Of a DNA stretch of 64,000 nt, positions 28,330-42,403 are shown piece after piece. This DNA is from Octopus sinensis (taxonomy: Eukaryota). The stretch's first letter is position 1. Each line of letters starts with the position of its first letter. Under the pieces are notes generated by a model, which worked only from the letters and a program-made list of their open reading frames with translations, did not search any database and was not told where the DNA came from. Where the stretch lies: assembly GCF_006345805.1 (NCBI RefSeq), contig NC_043000.1, forward strand, positions 144,460,001-144,524,000, given 5' to 3'. Both the position numbers and the translations under genes were made by a program.

Positions 28330-28990
28330 AAAAGAAATTACGTCCCTATTGTTCCATAGTTTTACAGAAGGAACATTGGAGTACTTAATGCAATGTTTAG
28401 GTTTCTAAGATGTTAATGTTCTTGTCTTTGCAGGATATTCGGTTTTTATTTTTACCAAGTAGAACAACAATTGCTCGTGCACCAGTTAGTGATGCTTAGA
28501 GAGTAGGGATGTAGTATTATGTTCACTATCTGTTTCGATATGATCCAAAGTATGAACAAGAAACGTGTAGTGATATGAGAAATTAATTTCCGTGGCCATG
28601 AGTGATGTGACACTATTGTAAAAGATGATAGCGTCTATCTTTATGAAGTCAATGTTGCTTCTGTGTAAGGTAATATGTAGGATGTATGCAGAAGAAACTC
28701 AAGTTTGGAAGAGTAATCAGCAATGAATATTATTATGTTATGTATCTGCGCGTGTGTAGTTTTAGCGACTCTAAATACGTCGCCGGTATATTAAGGAAAT
28801 ACTGGAGAAACTGAAGTTTGTGGCCTTCGAAATGAACGAAAGCTGGATGGTGACCGTAAGGGTTAAATACAATCTGCTGATAGACTGAAATGAAATAGAA
28901 ATAATCTTTTAAAATTACTTCCACATGACGTTCTCTTACTGCATTCAACATGTTGGTACCAATATAATCTACACCATTCCACGTCTTCAT
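28330..28990 (+). pseudogene. Possible decayed kelch-repeat pseudogene
   Basis: Across shifting frames: QKEHWST, VLVFAGYS, YLFRYDPKYEQETCSDMR, TIVKDDSVYLY, MYAEETQVWKS, SAMNI..CACVVL, FEMNESWMV; many stops. Confidence 0.3.
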
Positions 28991-31255
28991 TTGTAATTCG
29001 CTAGAACTTGAAATAATTTGTAAAAATTACTATAATCTAAATATACACCCATATGAAATGCAATGCAATCGAGTATACACGCTATATTTTTAGCAGTACT
29101 GTGTTTGTTAGTACCAGTATAATATTTGGAATGTATTATTTGGATATGAAAGTATAATTACACCCTTTAGGCATTGAATATATATTAAATACATATTGTA
29201 CGTTCATATATGAGTTTCTGGGAAAGAAGCAGATTTCATTCATAAAGTACATAAAGAATTGCATTTACCTATTTACATAGTGTGTTGATTAGGTACATTC
29301 AGTTCATAGTGAATTATTTTTATCACGAGTATGAATGAAATATTTTTGGTACCAGTATACCCCGACAAAATGCAGTAATACATTCTCTGGAAATAGAAAC
29401 GGAGAACTCTATCATTCATCGGCATTTACTATTCTCTACTTCTCATTAATGCCACAGAAATGTGTATTAAGAGAACGTTCTTTGAAATAATTCGCTCAAT
29501 GGAAAAGCAAGCGCGTGTAAGCATATACAACATGTAAGTGTTAGTAAATATAGTGGCTAAATAATGTTGAGTGAAATTAGTTCGGAACATAAAACTTGTA
29601 AAAATGAGTTAAGTAACATTTCATTTTGTAAGAAATGTTTCCACATTAGAACGTTTGTAGTAGTTCCACAATTAATTCCCTATACTTCCATTTATGGAAC
29701 TGCAGAGTAATAGCTATGAATTTATTTAATCTTATCAGAAGTATATGCTGACAAATAGGAATATCACCATGGCAGTTAAAGCATGGTATATATTTTTATC
29801 GTTTTCTGTTTATATATCTGTACACTGATTGTCGTTAAATTCTATGAAACATATCATTTCCTTAACCATTTAAGTGGATCTGAAGTATTATTCCAAAAGG
29901 AAATGTTTGACATAAACCATTCACTGGAATTGTCACGTTAAAATATTCAGTATATTGTTCCATGCAGTATCATGTAACAGGTATTTATCAATTATTGTAA
30001 ATAGGAATCTTCAATTCCAAAATGAAACTGACCATTTCTACTTTGCATCCACAATACATTCTGACGGAAACATTTATAATTGATTGAAAGGAAATATTAT
30101 TCAAATTATTTACATGCAACACATGTGAACGTGTTGCAGTCTTTAACTAATATATGTTGCAAAATTGATGTATTACATTTGCGACAGTCAACTCTCTTCA
30201 CTCAGACTTCTAATGCAAAAGTACAACACCTGTACGAAATCCTCGAAAAAAATAGTCCATAAAATCCATACTATTATCTTCTTGAATTCAAACAGGTATT
30301 ATTATCTATTATATTTCATGAACACAGTAATGAACTTACAGGTGTAAGGTACCTATATGGTGCAAACGTATTCCACATAATCATCAATTGCTCTTTTTGT
30401 TTTGAATTGAAACTATTTCTCGAAAAATATATTAATATCCCTTACTTAACCATTAAATATGATTTTGACATCTTTGAACTCAATTTCTATACGAATTATC
30501 AAATAATTGTTAAAATATAAAGCTCATTACGTGTTCACAGTTGTTTATTATTCATATATAAGATGTCTATAGTAATGCAAAAAGTATATTTGCGTTGAAT
30601 TGATAATTTACGATCTGTCAGTGAGTTACGTAGGGTGAACTGATTAAATGCACATTTTAATATATTCCCATAAGTTTCGGCAATGGTTGCATTGAAATTT
30701 TGCCAAAAGAGAACAGAGACGTTATCTAGCAAATACAGTAGAGGATTTCAAATGAAAAAGTGGAAAAGTGAAAGAAAGATAGAATGAAAAGAAAAGAAAA
30801 GTATAGAGGAAGAATGACTATATTACGCATGGCACAAACAAAGTCAGTAATTTATATTTATGAGAATAGTAATGATGTTTGATTCCCTATTGTGATAGCA
30901 GGAAATTACTTACACAATGGAATAATATGTGTGACATCTAGATATAACTGTAATTTCTATATTAGCAATACTTGATGTACCCTAAAAGCTACTCATGGAA
31001 AAATAGGCAAAACAAATTAAACAAACATACAACCATGCAAAGAATGAAAAAAAGTAAAAGTATATTTTGGTCCCTATTTCGAACCATATATTTGGCAAAC
31101 TTCGCAAAACTATACACATGATCAATAGAACAGAAATCTAACTTAGACCAAAACAGAATACACAAATAAGAGGATCCCCACTAAATTGCAAATATTGTGT
31201 CGGTGTGAAAAACAGTCGATGCCTTGTACAAAAATAGTAGTTTGATTTCAGCCAA

Positions 31256-31646
31256 AAGATCCTAAATGGATATAGAAAGAAAAATATCAAAAGAGCAGAT
31301 AAATGTTGAGGGGGAGAGAGAGAAATGCCAAGACAGGTGATAGATGTTGACCGGCAAGCTAAGTGTCCGGTGGCGAAAGGCAGAGATGTATATTTCTTTT
31401 CTAGCATCCCAACTTCCTCTCTTCCTCTCTCTGTCTCTGTCTCCCGCCTTCACATTGTAGACTTCCTTCCATGTTGTCTCTGCCGCTCCGTCTCACCCTC
31501 TCACAGATCCTCCTTCTTTTCCTTCTATCTACTGTAGAAATGTTACTAACTTTGTCATCTCGCTGCTCTTCGCCTCTGGACGCTAAACTTGCCGCTCAAC
31601 ATTTATCTGCTCTTTTATTTTTCTTTCTATATCCATTTAGGATCTT
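31256..31646. repeat. About 390 bp segment bounded by about 52 bp inverted repeats (MITE-like or foldback)
   Basis: AAGATCCTAAATGGATATAGAAAGAAAAAT..AAAAGAGCAGATAAATGTTGAG (31256-31310) recurs inverted at 31595-31646. Confidence 0.8.
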
Positions 31647-31660
31647 CTCCAGGCGTTATC

Positions 31661-31812
31661 TATACATATACAGTATATATATATACCTATATATATAAGC
31701 ATAATATATACATATATAAACCATGTATCCTACACCTTGATTCTTGGAACTTACCCTTACATATATGAATGTATATATGTATATGTATATATATGTATGT
31801 ATATATGTATGT

Positions 31813-31862
<50 letters not shown>

Positions 31863-31956
31863 TAGCTTATTAAAGATGTCCTCGTACGAAACGATCGTAC
31901 CGAGATTTTAATCCATTCTTGTTGCTTTTTTCCTATATGTATGTATATATGTATGT

Positions 31957-32029
<73 letters not shown>

Positions 32030-32496
32030 ACATACATATATACATACATATAGGAAAAAAGCAACAAGAATGGATTAAAATCTCGGTACGATCGTTTCGT
32101 ACGAGGACATCTTTAATAAGCTACAAAAAATGCAGTGAATACAGATGGCTCGTACTCGTCAGCCGAAAAAACATCAGATAATTCCCAAACATCAAAAGGG
32201 GTAGATACAAAAGAAGTTGTAAGATTAACTGCATTGAAGAAAGTTCGATTCATGGGGATCCGATGAAAGGTTTTAAACTTACAGAATTTGTGCATGTCTA
32301 CATATAGCTCATATTGAATTTTTAATCAAGTTGTGTGAAGAAATTTTCGGATACAGTCATATATATACATATACATATATACATTCATATATGTAAGGGT
32401 AAGTTCCAAGAATCAAGGTGTAGGATACATGGTTTATATATGTATATATTATGCTTATATATATAGGTATATATATATATATACTGTATATGTATA
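31661..32496. repeat. Interrupted large palindrome centred on a (TA)n tract
   Basis: 31661-31795 is the reverse complement of 32358-32496 and 31858-31960 of about 32022-32128; 32129-32357 is on the right arm only. Confidence 0.9.
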
Positions 32497-32604
32497 CTCT
32501 ATATTGATGACATACAATTTGGTGTCAAATTCCCGTTTCGAACCAGAGGTTGACTATTCGGTTGCCGGAATTTCAATACCAGAACACAGCTGCGCACCAG
32601 TATC

Positions 32605-32800
32605 ATTCGTAATCTATTTTTTTGCAGGTGATGCCGCAGTAGCAGTGACCTCTTTAGAGGAAGCTCAGGAACTTCTAGAACGGTTTTCTACTGCACGTAA
32701 TCCCTTTGGTTTGACCATCAGCATAAAGAAGACAAGTAATCCACCAACATTGCCCTACTCATAAACAAATTCGAAGCGTCGCATTCAACATAAGTATCAT
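32605..32800 (+). mobile_element. RTE-clade LINE reverse transcriptase fragment
   Basis: FFAGDAAVAVTSLEEAQELLERFSTARNPFGLTISIKKT resembles the RTE FADD...FGLTISxKKT region. Confidence 0.8.
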
Positions 32801-33084
32801 GGCTGACAAAGAAAGAGTACGTTGTCTGAACCTTATACTTCGAAGTCGGCGGGACAATCCAGGTCTAACATAAACACACATACATATGCACACACACACA
32901 CACACACTTATTATAGACAGAGAGACAAATAGAAAGATAGATATATAGATAGATAGATAAATAGATAGATAGATTGCAAATATTATATCGGTATGAAAAA
33001 ACGGTTGACACTTTAACAGTTAGATAGCAAAAGAAAGAAAGAGACCACAATATTATGTAAATAGATGAAATTTATCTGTGAAAT

Positions 33085-33235
33085 ATTATGTGACAAGTAT
33101 CCATAGCCAAGATAAAACTCTGAGTTTCGGATGCCGAGGTGGAAATCCACAACACCATGTCTTCGGTTGTGGATTTCCACCTCGGCATCCGAAATTCAGA
33201 GTTTTATCTTGGCTATTGAATATTTGTCACATATT
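33085..33235. repeat. Near-perfect hairpin, about 68 bp arms and 12 nt loop
   Basis: ATAGCCAAGATAAAACTCTGAGTTTCGGATGCCGAGGTGGAAATCCACAAC pairs with 33166 onward; loop ACCATGTCTTCG. Confidence 0.9.
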
Positions 33236-33258
33236 ATTTTACATAAATATATATATAT

Positions 33259-33308
<50 letters not shown>

Positions 33309-34346
33309 ATATGTATATCGGTCCCTGTCTGCCTGCTTGCCTGTCGGCATACCTGCATGTATTTGTATGTGTCCGAGACGAAGCATAACTGCAAAACTCA
33401 CGAACGATTTCTTTAAATACATCGGCCTTTTCAAAATGTTGTTGCGTAGATATTATTTCTATAAATGATAAGACTTGCTTTTTTTTTCAAAAGATATTTA
33501 TGTTTGAGGCAACTGAGGAAAATGTATTTAATTAAATTTTCACTTGTAAACAGAGCCGTGAATATCAAATGTATAATTGTGTAGAAATCATTAAAATTTT
33601 ATACAAACATTTTGTTTTGAATCATAGGAGAAAAAAATTGACGACAACGCAAATGAAGATAAAAACTTTAGACGCCGATTTGATTCTTACACGAACTAGT
33701 GGTGACAAAGAAGATAAATGTAAATATCAGGTGACGAGTCACAATAAAACTTGAGAGACATGATGGCGACTAACCACGAGAGAGGTTCTTTGAAGAAAAT
33801 AATTTCAATCGTCAATATAACAAGGGAATTATCAATGAAAATGAATATGAACTCCTTCTTGTGATTGTATATTTCAAGCGATATATACTGAATTTAAGCT
33901 ATTAGACTACAGCAACTACCAATACAAATATCGTTTTTAATGTCTAATGTTGGATAAATTTGAAACTAAATTTTGATAGATGGCAACAGGTCTTTTAAAT
34001 TACAGTATATGACATCATATACCTACTTATCTCTCTCTCTCTCTCTCTCTCTAAATATATATATATATATATCAATAATAACAAAGGGTAAAATTAATTA
34101 ATTAAGAAGTAATCAATAAATTTCACCAAGTAGGATTCGGTATGAAAACAGGACCGTTAACACGGTGAATTTTAGTAATACTATGGATGATCAGATATCG
34201 ATTGATTTTCGTTTGCTTTAACCTCTGCCTGTGTGTTTAAACTTCAAGTATTTTGAGTTCTCTGGAAGACCCTTTTTAAAGTACAAGAAATGACTAAGAT
34301 TTTGGCTGCTATTTCTGAACTTCGGTATGCGGCGACGCAATTATTA

Positions 34347-34409
<63 letters not shown>

Positions 34410-34847
34410 TTATAATGAGGGCGGCCGGATTCTGGGGTTACCCTGCGTTTCTCGATCATAAGAGTTTTAGCCTTACGGCGTATCTTCAGGCCCCAAAGAG
34501 TGCTGGCCTAAGACCTCTTAGAAATGTTGTGCAGAGGGAAATGCCTCGCTATAAAGAGTAACACTAGGTGATTATCTAACTATCTCATCGGCCATCGATC
34601 TTCAACCGTGCTGCTATCTTGCGACGACCAAAGAACCAAGCAGGTATACGGCTGTACGCTTCAGCCTTGGCTTTTGGCTTCCCTGCCGACTCCAAAAGGC
34701 CAGAAGGAATCTTCTAAAATATAAGCCTCACCCGAAAATCTCCATCGTCGAGATATGCGTACATATATATATATATATATGTACACACACACACACATAC
34801 ACACAAATATATATATATGTGTGTGTGGTGTGTACGCGGCATATTGA

Positions 34848-35265
34848 TCACATATCAAGATAAACAGTGCATGACTTTCCAGGTGGGGTCCAGTTAGAAT
34901 TTTCTTCAGGTCAAGTAGCCATCCCGCTCAAAAGGTCTCTGAGTAAGGGTTGTTTAAATGTGTTGGAGGAAAGACACATGTTTCCACAGGTTAATTTTCC
35001 AAACCCCAAATATTTCCTCTCAACACATGGCTATGATGCTCCCCCACTACTTCTGCTCATGATCAAAGACGCACATATCGTCACCCACAGAGAGACATGC
35101 ACAACTAGTTAAGATCAAGCAACAGAGAAGCACATCTGTGTTATTGAACAGAATAGTTGTTGTAGCCCATTATTTATACAAAATGATATCAATGTACATG
35201 ATAATACTGCCAATCAGTCAAGATCAGAAGCCGTGACAGCCACTGCCTGGTAGTACATCAGGGCA
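34848..35265 (+). mobile_element. 560 bp (ATT)n-associated element, truncated copy
   Basis: Aligns to the right 420 bp of 39339-39892 and ends CATCAGGGCA-(ATT)n. Confidence 0.8.
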
Positions 35266-35317
35266 ATTATTATTATTATTATTATTATTAGTAGTAGTAG
35301 TAGTAGTAGTAGTAGTA

Positions 35318-35571
35318 TTTTACGCTTTTACTTGCTTCAGTCATTTGACAGCGGCTATGCTTGAGCACCGCCTTCGCCTTTTTAAGTTGGGCGAATAGAC
35401 CCCCCCAGACTTATTCTTTGTAAGCCTAGTACTTATTCTATCGGTATCTTATGCCGAACCGCTAGGGTTACGGAGACGTAAACACACGAGCATCGGCTGT
35501 CAAGCGGTGTTGGAGGGGACAAACACAGACACACAAACACAAACACAAACACAGACACACACACACACACC

Positions 35572-35613
<42 letters not shown>

Positions 35614-35780
35614 ATATATATATTATATATATATATGTACATATATACGACGGGCTTCTTTCTGTTTCTGTCTGCCAAATCTACTCACAAGACTTTGGAG
35701 GCTATAGTAGAAGACACGTGCCCAAAATGCCACGCAGTGGGACTGAATCCGGAACCATGTCGTTGGTAAGCAACCTACTT
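35318..35780 (-). mobile_element. tRNA-derived SINE family A
   Basis: Close match to the reverse complement of 20475-20892. Confidence 0.9.
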
Positions 35781-36049
35781 TATTTCATTAAGATTTGCCA
35801 TAAAGGCATTACAAAGAGTAGCTCGCTGGCTGGACACATACATTAATGAGGTGAATGATGAAAGTAGGATGATATTCATGGGAGATTACAAAGAACGTCC
35901 ACCGATTTTTTTGCATCACTAATTCATTATTCTTCATAAAACGAGGTATTGAACCTCTCACTACAGTCTTTGCAATTATTGGGCTTAATAGTCCATTACA
36001 AATAGAAACATGCAATAACATACAATAAAATTTTCAATATACAATCGAC

Positions 36050-37845
36050 ACTAGTCCATTTAAAAATGAGGTGCCGAGCCTCTTACACATTATAACACTG
36101 AGGCTTTTCAACCTTTTGTCAATTTTCCACCTCATCATCGCTGGTGTCCGAGTACTCCACCATCGCCCATGCTTGCTTTAAAATCAAGGCGAACTCAGAG
36201 TTGTCGTCACCCGCCCACAAGCAATATTCCTCTCTTATCCCTCCAGCTTTTTTAATACGCGCAACGTTATGACCTCCACAGCTATCTGCAGAGGCCATTC
36301 GGCATCCCGTGTGATGGCCAAAGGTACTCCCTCGTAGTGTTCTTCAACCAACTTTTCCACCTCACCGCCTCTATAAAAGAAGACCAACAGTTCTTCGTTC
36401 TCCTGGTCCGATGGGGTCAATTCTACCGTTGGCAGCATGATTCCCGCCAATGGTGTCTCCCCCCACCCACCGGTGGCACAACCAACGAGGCTCCGAGACT
36501 CTCCGGCGCCATGTCTCCGACTGCCGGCAATGTCGTGTTTCTTCTCCTCTTCCTCTTTTTTCTTTTCGACTGTTGGTGGGTGCGTCTCCTCGGCTGCCTA
36601 CATTCTCTTGTCTAAAGATCTCTCCGTCAACCGCTCCAGGACTTTGCTTTGCCCTTGAGGATAGTTCTTTTTTTATATGGCCAGGCTCCAATTATCGATG
36701 ACACTTGGGGGGGGGGTCATCCCTCAAGAATCACCGGATACCTAGACCTGGCCATTCTCAAAAAGTCTGGAAATGCCAGACTTTCGGCTTACTGGGTCCA
36801 TAGGGTCAAAACAACATTTGATCCCTCCCAGTCAGCCGCAGGCAGAATATTTACGCTGAGGAGCTTTTGTGCCACTGCAACTCAGACCCCGGCGGATAGC
36901 ATCTCCTATGCACTCGGGCTCAAATCCAGGTGGCAGGCCGAAGACCCAACCACTCGTGAGCTCTTCCCACAATAAGTGGGAAGAAACAAAGTTTCATTAC
37001 CCTCCAGGGGCTGGCACGCAAATTCCCGAGCCACTTCAGGGGAGTCAAACAGCAACCACAAGATTGCGTATTTGACACCCCAATTGATAAACCTAACCTC
37101 TGGCTTACATTCTGCAAGATTTCCTTCGATTATATCCTTTCTGAAAACGGCAATGGCGTTGAGGGTCCTAGAGTAGGTCCTCAAACACCGTTTTACTTCC
37201 AAGTTCTTTTAACCATTTTTGGGGTGGTGTAATTTCCCACTCCACCAACTTTCCATTGTTATTTGCGATGTGTTCTTTTTTAAAAAATCCAAAAATACAG
37301 TTTTTGAAATGCAAAATAAGTTAGGAAAAAGAAGGAAGAGAAAAAAGTCCAAACAAAAAGGAAGGAAAAAAATTAACAGTTCAATTAAGAGCTTTTGTTT
37401 TACATAAAAGATAGATGAAGAGAGAGCAACAGTTCAAAACACAACGAAGACCACTCGGTACTCCAGGCCAAAGTTTTAACGCAATTGTTAAACACTTAAA
37501 AATAATTCCCATTTTCTTCTCACTCCTTGACAGGAACAATATTGTTGAATTTTTTCTAAAAATTCCCACGGAGCTATTCCTGGACAAACACTATTTCCAA
37601 GCAAAAGTTTTGCGGCAGGATACGCCCTCCAAACAAATAATTAAGTGAAAAATATTTTCCCTCAGCCTCAGGCAGACTAGAAACCAGTGACGACTACTTG
37701 TTTGTAAAAAAATAATTGCGGTAGACAACAGGTTCCCACTAGACCCCAAAAAATCTTACCTTACAGCTGAGTTTCAAAAATCTTCAATTTAAGACGGCTT
37801 CAAAAGCACGTCTTACAGCTTCAGTGTCAATTACAACTCTGGCTC
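36050..37845 (-). mobile_element. Degenerate L1/Tx1-type ORF1 (gag-like) element without adjacent ORF2, copy 1
   Basis: DIIEGNLAECKPEVRFINWGVKYAILWLLFDSPE...LFLPTYCG aligns with the 58 kb ORF; disrupted knuckle KCHR*LEPGHIKK; acidic end YSDTSDDEVEN*; left and right limits approximate. Confidence 0.6.
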
Positions 37846-37942
37846 ACTCATGTGCAATGAGTTAAGCAAGCTACTTACTACAGAGCCACTCCTGCGCCTA
37901 TTCACCTATGCCCAGCCACTTCTGCTCCTATTATCATTATTG

Positions 37943-38022
<80 letters not shown>

Positions 38023-38089
38023 GTATCGGATTCATTATTTTAACTAGTATAATATATTTCTTTAAATATAAACATTTTTTCTCCAGGAA

Positions 38090-38555
38090 CTCCTGAGAGT
38101 AGCTTCGACATTAATAATGAGAGGCAAGTAATTGGCCTGTAATTCTCGGCAGCATTTCCTTTTGATGCTTCCTTTTGACATCCTTCCTTTTCTCAATCAA
38201 TGTGGGATTTCTTCTTCGATCAATGTATTAAACTGCTCTCAGATCAGTTTATGCAACTGCTGAACATTTTCTAATAAAAATCCCTGTACGGCATCAGGTC
38301 CTGTTGTTTTCCAGTTGCTTATCTTTTGACTCGTACAGTTCTCTGTGAAGTGAATAACCACTTCCTGGGGATAAAAAGCTGTTTGCTCCAGGCTAAGAAG
38401 CCATTCAGCTGCAATATTATGTTGTTCTTGCTTACTCTCAGTCTTAACCCAAAACTGTCGATTTTCATTAGCATCAAGAAGTAATCTTTCCTCCTCTATA
38501 TCATCATCAGTTTCTGGATAAAATATATTTTGCTCGATTCTAAACAACTGTTTTT
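38090..38555 (-). mobile_element. R4/Dong-type LINE fragment (RT N-terminal region)
   Basis: RQFW...HNIAAEWL...KISNWKTTGPDAVQGFLL resembles the NWKAPGPDG RT start; (AAT)n immediately upstream. Confidence 0.75.
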
Positions 38556-38607
38556 TTTCCATTATTATTACTGTTGTTATTATTGTCATTATTATTATTA
38601 CTAATAC

Positions 38608-38661
<54 letters not shown>

Positions 38662-38662
38662 G

Positions 38663-38987
38663 GTCGAGTAGCTCATCCCGCTCAAAAGGTCCCTGAGTAT
38701 TGTTGAACGAAACACCCATGTTTCCAGAGATGAATTTTTCAAACCCCAAAGAATCCCTCTCAACACATAGCTATGATGCTCGTTATCAGAGATGCACATA
38801 TTGTCAGCCACTAAGTGAAATGCTCAACTGGGTACGGTCAAACAACTGACAAGCAAATCTGTGGTATTGAGCAGAATATTTGCAGTAGCCCATCTTTCAT
38901 ACCAAGACAGAAAAATGTATATGATAACACTTCCAATCAGTTAAGATCAGAAGCCACGGCAGCCACTGCCTTGTACTGCATCAGGGC

Positions 38988-38990
<3 letters not shown>
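38663..38990 (+). mobile_element. 560 bp (ATT)n-associated element, truncated copy
   Basis: Right 330 bp of the family with a small internal deletion; (ATT)n on both sides. Confidence 0.8.
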
Positions 38991-39037
<47 letters not shown>

Positions 39038-39078
39038 GTATTATTATTATTATTATTATTATTTTTATTATTTTTCTT

Positions 39079-39161
<83 letters not shown>

Positions 39162-39272
39162 CAATTATTATTAATTATTTTTATTAATTATTATTATTAT
39201 TATTATAATTATTATTAATTATTATTATTATTATTATTAATTATTATTATTATTATTAATTATTACTATTAC

Positions 39273-39309
<37 letters not shown>

Positions 39310-39338
39310 ATTATTATTATTATCATTATTATTATTAC

Positions 39339-40002
<664 letters not shown>

Positions 40003-40259
40003 GTAGTAGTAGTAGTAGTAGTAGAAATAGTCATAGTAGTAGAAGCAGCAGTAGTAGTAGTAGTAGTATGTTTTCTTTTATCCTTTTATTCTCTTATACA
40101 TGTCAGACTTAGTGCTGTGGCCATGCCGTTGCACCACCAGTGAAGAATTTGTGGTTAGAACTTTCCCGACAGTGAGAGGGAGAACGACATAGGACAGAAG
40201 GGTGAAGGGAAAGAACGATAGCAGTCACTTCATAGGTTGATCGTTATAACCGACTATCA

Positions 40260-40655
40260 TTCTTTTAATTTCTCCAGTCATGAGACCGAAGCCATTATGT
40301 GGATACCGCCTTTGAAAACTTTTTGCCGAACAAATCGACGCCATTAATATTTTTAAAGCCAGGTACTTATTGCATAGTTCTCTTGTACAGAACTAGTAGC
40401 TTAAGGGAAACAAACAAACCAACACCGGATGCCAGGTAGTGTTTGGGACAATCACAGATATAAAAAGACACATAATTACTAACAGAGACACACACACATA
40501 TATACACCACATGCGTTTTTCATCTTTCATCTACCAAATCCACTCAGGCGTTTGGCGGCCCGAGCCTTCAGTAGAAGATATTTCTAATGGTGCCTAACTG
40601 TGGAACTGAATGTGAAACCATGTGGTTATGAATCAAACTTCCTATTACGCAGCCA
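40260..40655 (-). mobile_element. tRNA-derived SINE family A, diverged
   Basis: CTACCAAATCCACTCA, AGTAGAAGA, GAAACCATGTGGTT motifs in family order. Confidence 0.7.
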
Positions 40656-42278
40656 GTTGTAGTATGACTTATCTATATGCCTATAAGCTGGTTGTAAAAA
40701 AAGGAAGAATTACTGTCCTCTGTATGGATACGTGTATTTTTCGTAATCAATCTTAAGTGTACCATTAATTTAATAAAATTTCCCTTTTGTGGATTGGTAC
40801 TAATCACAGGCGAACTATCTTAGTTGATGTCATAATTATTCAATGATATCCCATTATTTTGAGCATTCTATGTTGTAATGAACTACGTGGTATGGCAGAC
40901 ATAAAATAATTTTCATGAGTTCGTATACATTACTATTCTTTGTATACACATATCTATGACATATTAATATTCAGATCGATTTCATGGCTAGTGTGTTCCT
41001 TTAGAATATAGCTATGTTACATTTCCGTGCATTTCAATATATGTTAAGTGGATTATATACAAAAAGATAATATTCAACCATAATTGGTGGCATTTAGTAG
41101 TGTATTTATCTCTGTATATGCAACAGTTGCTTTTCTCTGCTCATGCAACAGTTTCTTTCAATAGAAAGTTGTGTTGGTTCTAACTGAAAGTGACACTTTA
41201 CTCCTTAGCAATAAAATGACAACTTCTATATACTCACCTGTATCAGTATTTTCTTTCTCAAGTACGAAATTGCAATCTTCGAAATAGGTAAATACACAGG
41301 ATAATGTAACGGCAGGAATTCCGGAAAAGAAATAACTATGCTTCCTCCTTAAAGTTTGGTCTAATGTCGTATTAAATCCTATGAAATTATATTCGTATAA
41401 GTGAGAAAAATATCTACGAGTCAGCTTTAAAATAAATATAAAGATAATGATAGACACTCAATAAAGACCATAACAAGCCTCGCCAATGATTCTGACCTTA
41501 CACGTGTGAGTGGCTCTTTTAGTATGCATACCTGCAAGCTGTTCTACCGGTAACTTTTACACATAGTGAATCTAAACAAATCGAAGCTAGAAATTAGCAT
41601 AATTACCAGAAGTGTAGGGACGCAGCGTGCCTGATGTAAATTGTTGCCAGTTAAGTTAATTAATCAATTATCAATTCTTACCTGATGAATAGAAGACGTT
41701 TACAAGAATGAAGCCGTATTGATGACATCGATGTGAAATCACGTAATCTCGAATATCAACCAATGCTAACATCTTCCAAACTTGCAATTGTATAATTGTA
41801 TATGAAACGAAATTCTACAATGGAATTGTGACGCCAAAATATTTTCGCAATTACTACAAAAACAAATATTAATTGTAAGAGCTATTAAACAAATGGGATT
41901 TTACAGGGAAAATATCATCAAGATCAGAAAAATAGTAAAAGATTCAAGACAATGCGATATTATTGCACGAAGTCAAACATTAACACGAACATTTCTTTAC
42001 ACAGAGCAATAAAGCATGTAAGCAATGTATGGAATATAATAATTTATCATTATTTTTCATTTGCACAGTAATTATTCAGGAAACATAACTCGAAAATAGA
42101 CTGCTACGGAATACACTGACATCAACGAGGAGAGCTCTTTTTTGCAGTAAGTAGTCTTATGAATTAAGTAGAAATTGCTGTAGTGTATATATACATACAC
42201 AGACACACAGACACACGCACACACACACATATATATATACATATATACATATATATATATATAATATATATATATATA

Positions 42279-42320
<42 letters not shown>

Positions 42321-42358
42321 TACATATATATATATATACATATATATACATATATATA

Positions 42359-42403
<45 letters not shown>

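Noticed and set aside
31868-31900. Hammerhead-like GAAAC-GATC-GTA in the palindrome
   Set aside because: The core reads UUAAAGA and stems I and II do not pair; at most a dead remnant.
41680-41800. Possible minus-strand exon ending CAG/GTAAGA
   Set aside because: Short, no recognisable protein, weak acceptor.
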